This document shows, one piece after another, positions 16,290 through 20,015 of a stretch of DNA of 20,015 nucleotides. The position numbers and the translations under genes are program-made. The stretch lies in IMG/VR virus record IMGVR_UViG_3300003873_000005; one strand, given 5' to 3'. This stretch comes from an uncultured virus (IMG/VR IMGVR_UViG_3300003873_000005). Taxonomy: Duplodnaviria; Heunggongvirae; Uroviricota; Caudoviricetes. Numbering within the stretch: position 1 is the first letter of the stretch; each line of letters starts with the position of its first letter. Below the pieces are notes generated by a model, which saw nothing but the letters and a program-made list of their open reading frames with translations, was not told the DNA's origin and ran no database searches.

Positions 16290-16613
16290 ATGAAATATCT
16301 TAATTTAACAGGCAGCAATGCAACAAAAGAACAAATAGACTATGGGGTAATAGACCCTAAAGAAAAAATGAAATTAAAAATTCAAAAACTCTTAAATTTT
16401 GAAAACATTCCTGAAATGGAAGAAGTTAATAGTAGGGCTAAACAATTAGCCTATATTGCACATGCCATAATATTAACAGATGATAAGTTCAAAGGTGTTA
16501 AGAGTTTTAATGCTTTAATTGAAGGAGTACCTTTTTTAATGAATACTCTTGAAAAAGAACTTATAGCAAAAGGTATAACACCATTTTATGTTGTTTTAAA
16601 GGAATTAAAATGA
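16290..16613 (+). CDS. Csx20-like paralog 3 (C-terminally truncated)
   Basis: LNLTGSNATKEQID...ALIEGVPFLMNTLEKELIAKGITPFY aligns with the 4384 ORF. Confidence 0.55.
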   Translation: MKYLNLTGSNATKEQIDYGVIDPKEKMKLKIQKLLNFENIPEMEEVNSRAKQLAYIAHAIILTDDKFKGVKSFNALIEGVPFLMNTLEKELIAKGITPFYVVLKELK

Positions 16614-16993
16614 TAAATCAAGAGTTGCTAAGTGAAGTATTAAACAAAGAAGTTATCAGCTATACTTTTGTAAAAGAATATAAAGACATGAAAAATTTTT
16701 TATCAATTACTTGTAAAGATGAAACTCACACTATAAGTATTTATGAATTAATGTGCCTTTGTAAAGAATGGATTGTTAAACAAATAAAAGAAAATTTACC
16801 TTATTCTCCTTATATAAAAACTGAAGTTGTAATTCGCAGAGGTGAAAATAGAATATATTATTTCTGCGAATTACAAAGTGAATTATTTTATATAGATAAA
16901 GTAGATAATGTTCATTTTAAGAGACTTATGGCAAAAACAGAACCAGAAGCTGTATTTAAAGCTGGTAAATATATTTTAGAGGAATTAAAATGA
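16610..16993 (+). CDS. Hypothetical phage protein
   Basis: 127 aa; ELLSEVL...IYEL...CKEW...TEPEAVFKA; overlaps neighbours at ATGA. Confidence 0.8.
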   Translation: MINQELLSEVLNKEVISYTFVKEYKDMKNFLSITCKDETHTISIYELMCLCKEWIVKQIKENLPYSPYIKTEVVIRRGENRIYYFCELQSELFYIDKVDNVHFKRLMAKTEPEAVFKAGKYILEELK

Positions 16994-17211
16994 CCCAAGA
17001 TGAATTTTTAGAAGATATGATAGACAATGGTGAAGTAGTTGTTGAAGCAAAAGAACTTAGACACTTACTTCAAAAAGTAAGAAAACTTAAAAACAGCATT
17101 AAAATATTAGAAGATAGTTTAGAAACAGAGAGGCTATTAAAAGATATTTGGAAAAAGAATTATTATAGTCTCTTAGAAGAAAAGAGATTAAAAATAGACT
17201 TAAAGGTATAA
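16990..17211 (+). CDS. Hypothetical coiled-coil protein
   Basis: 73 aa, translationally coupled. Confidence 0.75.
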   Translation: MTQDEFLEDMIDNGEVVVEAKELRHLLQKVRKLKNSIKILEDSLETERLLKDIWKKNYYSLLEEKRLKIDLKV

Positions 17212-17213
17212 AA

Positions 17214-17426
17214 ATGAAAAGAGGAGACAAAGTACTATATATAGTACAAAGCCACATATCAAGACCATTAAGAATTGGTATCATAGTGGGTATTAAAGAA
17301 TATAATCATGGGGTCATTTTTCTAATGATTAAAGGTCTAAGAGACAAAAGAATATTGTCAAGGAGAACTGAAGATGTTTATAAGTTTGAAAGTTTAGAAC
17401 AGTTGGAAAAGGATTTAACATGCTAA
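17214..17426 (+). CDS. Hypothetical small beta-rich (SH3/KOW-like) protein
   Basis: MKRGDKVLY...IGIIVGI pattern; 70 aa. Confidence 0.7.
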   Translation: MKRGDKVLYIVQSHISRPLRIGIIVGIKEYNHGVIFLMIKGLRDKRILSRRTEDVYKFESLEQLEKDLTC

Positions 17427-17509
17427 CAGAAACTCATAAGGCTATTATATTAGCTTTGTTATTTATGATAATGTTGCTTATGGCCAATGGATTTTTAAAC
17501 ACTTATTAA
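17420..17509 (+). CDS. 29-aa membrane peptide (not in ORF track)
   Basis: MLTETHKAIILALLFMIMLLMANGFLNTY*; AAGGA RBS; fills the gap, and its stop overlaps the next RBS. Confidence 0.65.
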   Translation: MLTETHKAIILALLFMIMLLMANGFLNTY

Positions 17510-17519
17510 GGAGAATAAA

Positions 17520-18176
17520 ATGATAACAGAAATTAAGATGGAAGTAACACCTGACCTATCAAAACGAGTTAAAGAAATTGTGAGCAATAATGGTGGAAGA
17601 TGGTTTATAGGCACAAAAAAGACAAAATGCTTAAACCATAAATATCTATTTATAGATGAGTATAGTGTTTTAACCATAACAAATAACAATGAAGATTTTA
17701 AAAACAATAAATTTAAAGAAATTTCACCTTGTGATTTTATAGCAAGTCAAGGGCAACAAGAATGGTTACCAAATTACGGCAAAGAAGCATTATTTAGTGA
17801 TAATGAAAAAGATTGGCACAGTGCTACATTTCGTTGCTATGATCCAAATGATAAATACCGTTTTCGTACAGAAATTAATACCTTTGTATTTTGTAAACCA
17901 CTACCTAAAGAAATATCTTTTATTCAATTTTTAAAAGATAATGCTATTTATGATACATATATGCACAATATAGAAATTGAAAATCAACGATGGTATGATA
18001 TAGAAAAATATAAACTATTATCAAGACTACAAAAACATAAATCAAAGGAATGGATACTTTGTGCGTTTAACTGGGAAAAACAAAAAGAGGGATTTGATGC
18101 TTGGAATAATTTAAATGAAAAATGGATAAATATAACAGAACAAAATTCTGATACAAACATAGTATGGGGGGAATAA
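17520..18176 (+). CDS. Hypothetical protein, tandem paralog A
   Basis: 218 aa; colinear with the 18178 ORF. Confidence 0.85.
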   Translation: MITEIKMEVTPDLSKRVKEIVSNNGGRWFIGTKKTKCLNHKYLFIDEYSVLTITNNNEDFKNNKFKEISPCDFIASQGQQEWLPNYGKEALFSDNEKDWHSATFRCYDPNDKYRFRTEINTFVFCKPLPKEISFIQFLKDNAIYDTYMHNIEIENQRWYDIEKYKLLSRLQKHKSKEWILCAFNWEKQKEGFDAWNNLNEKWINITEQNSDTNIVWGE

Positions 18177-18177
18177 A

Positions 18178-18846
18178 ATGATTAGTGAAGTAAAAATGGA
18201 AGTAACACCTGGCCTAAGTGAAAGAGTGCAAGAAATTGTACTCGCAAATGGCGGGGAATTGGGTTATGAGGGTACAGAAATAAAGCACTTAATTTGTAAA
18301 TATTCATATATATATATAAATAAAAAAGGAAAGTTGGCATATAGTGAGGATAAAAGTTATTTTGAAAAGGGTAAATACAAAAAAGTTTCAGCTTATGATT
18401 TTATAGCATCACAAGGTGAACAAGAATGGCTGCCGAAGTATAATGAAGAAGTTATGTTTAGCGATAATGAAAAAGATTGGCATAAAAAACAATTTAAATC
18501 TTATTTACCTGACTATTCATATCCCTTTATTACAGAAGGAAATATCGAATGGAAATTTTGTAAACTATTACTTAAAGAAATATCTTTTATTCAATTTTTA
18601 AAAGATGTTGGTATATATGATGCATATATGGATAGCGTTAAAATTGAAAATCAAAGATGGTCAATAAAATCAAATTATAAAACTTTAGACGAAATTCAAA
18701 GTTTACCTAATAAAGAGTGGACATCTAAAACTTTTGATTGGATGAGACAATCAGAATATAAGTTTCAATTTTGGGAAAACTTAGATAAAAAATGGTTAAA
18801 AATAATAGAACAAAATTCTGATACAAATATAGTATGGGGAGAATAA
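18178..18846 (+). CDS. Hypothetical protein, tandem paralog B
   Basis: 222 aa; shares KMEVTP, DFIASQG, FSDNEKDWH, KEISFIQFLKD and EQNSDTNIVWGE with paralog A. Confidence 0.85.
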   Translation: MISEVKMEVTPGLSERVQEIVLANGGELGYEGTEIKHLICKYSYIYINKKGKLAYSEDKSYFEKGKYKKVSAYDFIASQGEQEWLPKYNEEVMFSDNEKDWHKKQFKSYLPDYSYPFITEGNIEWKFCKLLLKEISFIQFLKDVGIYDAYMDSVKIENQRWSIKSNYKTLDEIQSLPNKEWTSKTFDWMRQSEYKFQFWENLDKKWLKIIEQNSDTNIVWGE

Positions 18847-18847
18847 G

Positions 18848-19510
18848 ATGAAAAATAAAAATATCTATATAGCAATTGTAGTTTTAATATTTATAGCAGA
18901 AATTATAGGGTGCAAAATATACATAAAAAATCACCCTATTATAAAAAATAAAATAGTATATGCTCCAGTTAAACAGATAGTATATAAAACTAAAAAAGGT
19001 GTTATAATAAACATAACATATAAAAATCTTGCACAGGATTTGATAATTAACTATAACTTCTTAAGCAAGAACCAGCAAGTACAAATACTTAATGCCATCA
19101 AAAAAGCAAGTGAAAAATATAATATCAATCCACTTGTTATATATTCACTTATAAGTGTAGAAAGTAGCTTCAGGTTCTATATACAAAGCCCTAAACGATT
19201 AGTAGTTGGTTCTGATGGTAAAAAGCATTATGATAGAGCTGTTGGCTTATGTAGTATAATCTTCAGCATTTGGGGTAATAGTTTAAGGAAAGCAAAAATA
19301 TTATCTACTAAAACAGAATTGTACCAAATAGAGCCAAATATTATGGCAGGTAGTTTTATACTAAAAACACTAATAAAACGAAATAAAGGCAATTCTATAA
19401 AAGGATTAGAGGCTTATTTTGGAAAGAGTGCTTATGCTAAAGTTTATCAACATAAGATAAGAGCAAAGATAGGCGCATTGTTTGAAAAAGAAATATTAAG
19501 GAGTAAATAA
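18848..19510 (+). CDS. Lytic transglycosylase (SLT domain) with N-terminal membrane anchor
   Basis: ASEKYNINP.VIYSLISVESSF (catalytic E), AVGL, NIMAGSFIL and AYFG motifs; hydrophobic N-terminus. Confidence 0.85.
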   Translation: MKNKNIYIAIVVLIFIAEIIGCKIYIKNHPIIKNKIVYAPVKQIVYKTKKGVIINITYKNLAQDLIINYNFLSKNQQVQILNAIKKASEKYNINPLVIYSLISVESSFRFYIQSPKRLVVGSDGKKHYDRAVGLCSIIFSIWGNSLRKAKILSTKTELYQIEPNIMAGSFILKTLIKRNKGNSIKGLEAYFGKSAYAKVYQHKIRAKIGALFEKEILRSK

Positions 19511-19751
19511 TGAATAGAGAAGAAGCAAAAAATTTGATTGGTATAGACACGATAGAGAAGATATCGAAAAACATATAGACAAAATTTATAATGCTCTTGA
19601 AAGTAGAATTTGTAAAAATTGTAAATATAATAATTGTGGATGTTCTATACAAGATAGTTTAATATCAGTATCTTTGGAAAAAAATTTAGGAATGCCTAAT
19701 TTAAATAACTTTGGTTGCAATAAATTTGAAGAAGAAATAAGTGACGAATAG
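19510..19751 (+). pseudogene. Frameshifted Cys-rich small phage protein
   Basis: MNREEAK in frame 0 continues in the -1 frame as FDWYRH...IDKIYNALESRICKNCKY...FGCNKFEE; break at the A6 run 19527-19532. Confidence 0.65.
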
Positions 19752-19956
19752 AACAAAAGAAAAATTCGCTTGGCTGCCAAAAAGAGTATGGAATATGAAA
19801 AGTAGAAATTATAAATATACAATAATATGGCTATGTTGGTATTGGGATGATAGAGAGAGTAAGTGTGAAATCAATTTTTATCGACTATCTGAAGACCCTT
19901 ATGAAACTCCAATGCAGCATAAAAGATATTGTAGAACAAATACAAATAAATGGTAA
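19741..19956 (+). CDS. Hypothetical protein
   Basis: 71 aa, GTG start, KFAWLPKRV...IWL.WY motif. Confidence 0.65.
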   Translation: MTNRTKEKFAWLPKRVWNMKSRNYKYTIIWLCWYWDDRESKCEINFYRLSEDPYETPMQHKRYCRTNTNKW

Positions 19957-19964
19957 AGGAGCAA

Positions 19965-20015
19965 ATGATGAATAGACTAAAAGTATATTTTGGTAAAGAT
20001 TGGAAATTTTATTTA
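19965..20015 (+). CDS. Start of next gene (truncated by window end)
   Basis: AAGGAG then ATGATG; open to the end of the window (MMNRLKVYFGKDWKFYL). Confidence 0.6.
   Translation, partial: MMNRLKVYFGKDWKFYL

Noticed and set aside
17520..18846. Diversity-generating retroelement TR/VR pair
   Set aside because: Differences are not adenine-specific, both copies are full genes, and no reverse transcriptase is in the window
5374..19822. Short minus-strand ORFs (5374, 7834, 9609, 13617, 13875, 14083, 14090, 17099, 17495, 19437, 19586) and the nested plus-strand ORF 18416..18601
   Set aside because: They overlap better-supported RBS-led genes, and their composition is typical of shadow frames

Overview
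AT-rich segment of a large tailed-phage genome. The host is probably a Campylobacterota-like low-GC bacterium (inferred from AAGGAG RBSs, TATAAT promoters without a clear -35, and protein family style). The minus strand (1-3787) carries the packaging module: small terminase, lambda-gpA-like large terminase and portal (truncated). Next is a repeat-rich non-coding block with a GC-rich dyad, a candidate genome end or cos-like site (3850-4315). A divergent plus-strand early/host-takeover cluster follows (4331-9085), in which nine genes each carry a near-identical ~53-bp hairpin+RBS cassette. A second short operon (9613-10766) contains a ~22-bp-stem hairpin whose 13-nt loop is the exact antisense of that cassette's RBS; this is the best candidate for an undescribed regulatory system. 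A ~1.9-kb non-coding region with repeats and a 27-bp inverted repeat comes next, then a run of small middle/early genes ending in an SLT lytic transglycosylase. Three paralogs resemble the Csx20 ring-nuclease family, a possible anti-type III CRISPR function. All family calls come from motif recognition by eye, not database searches.
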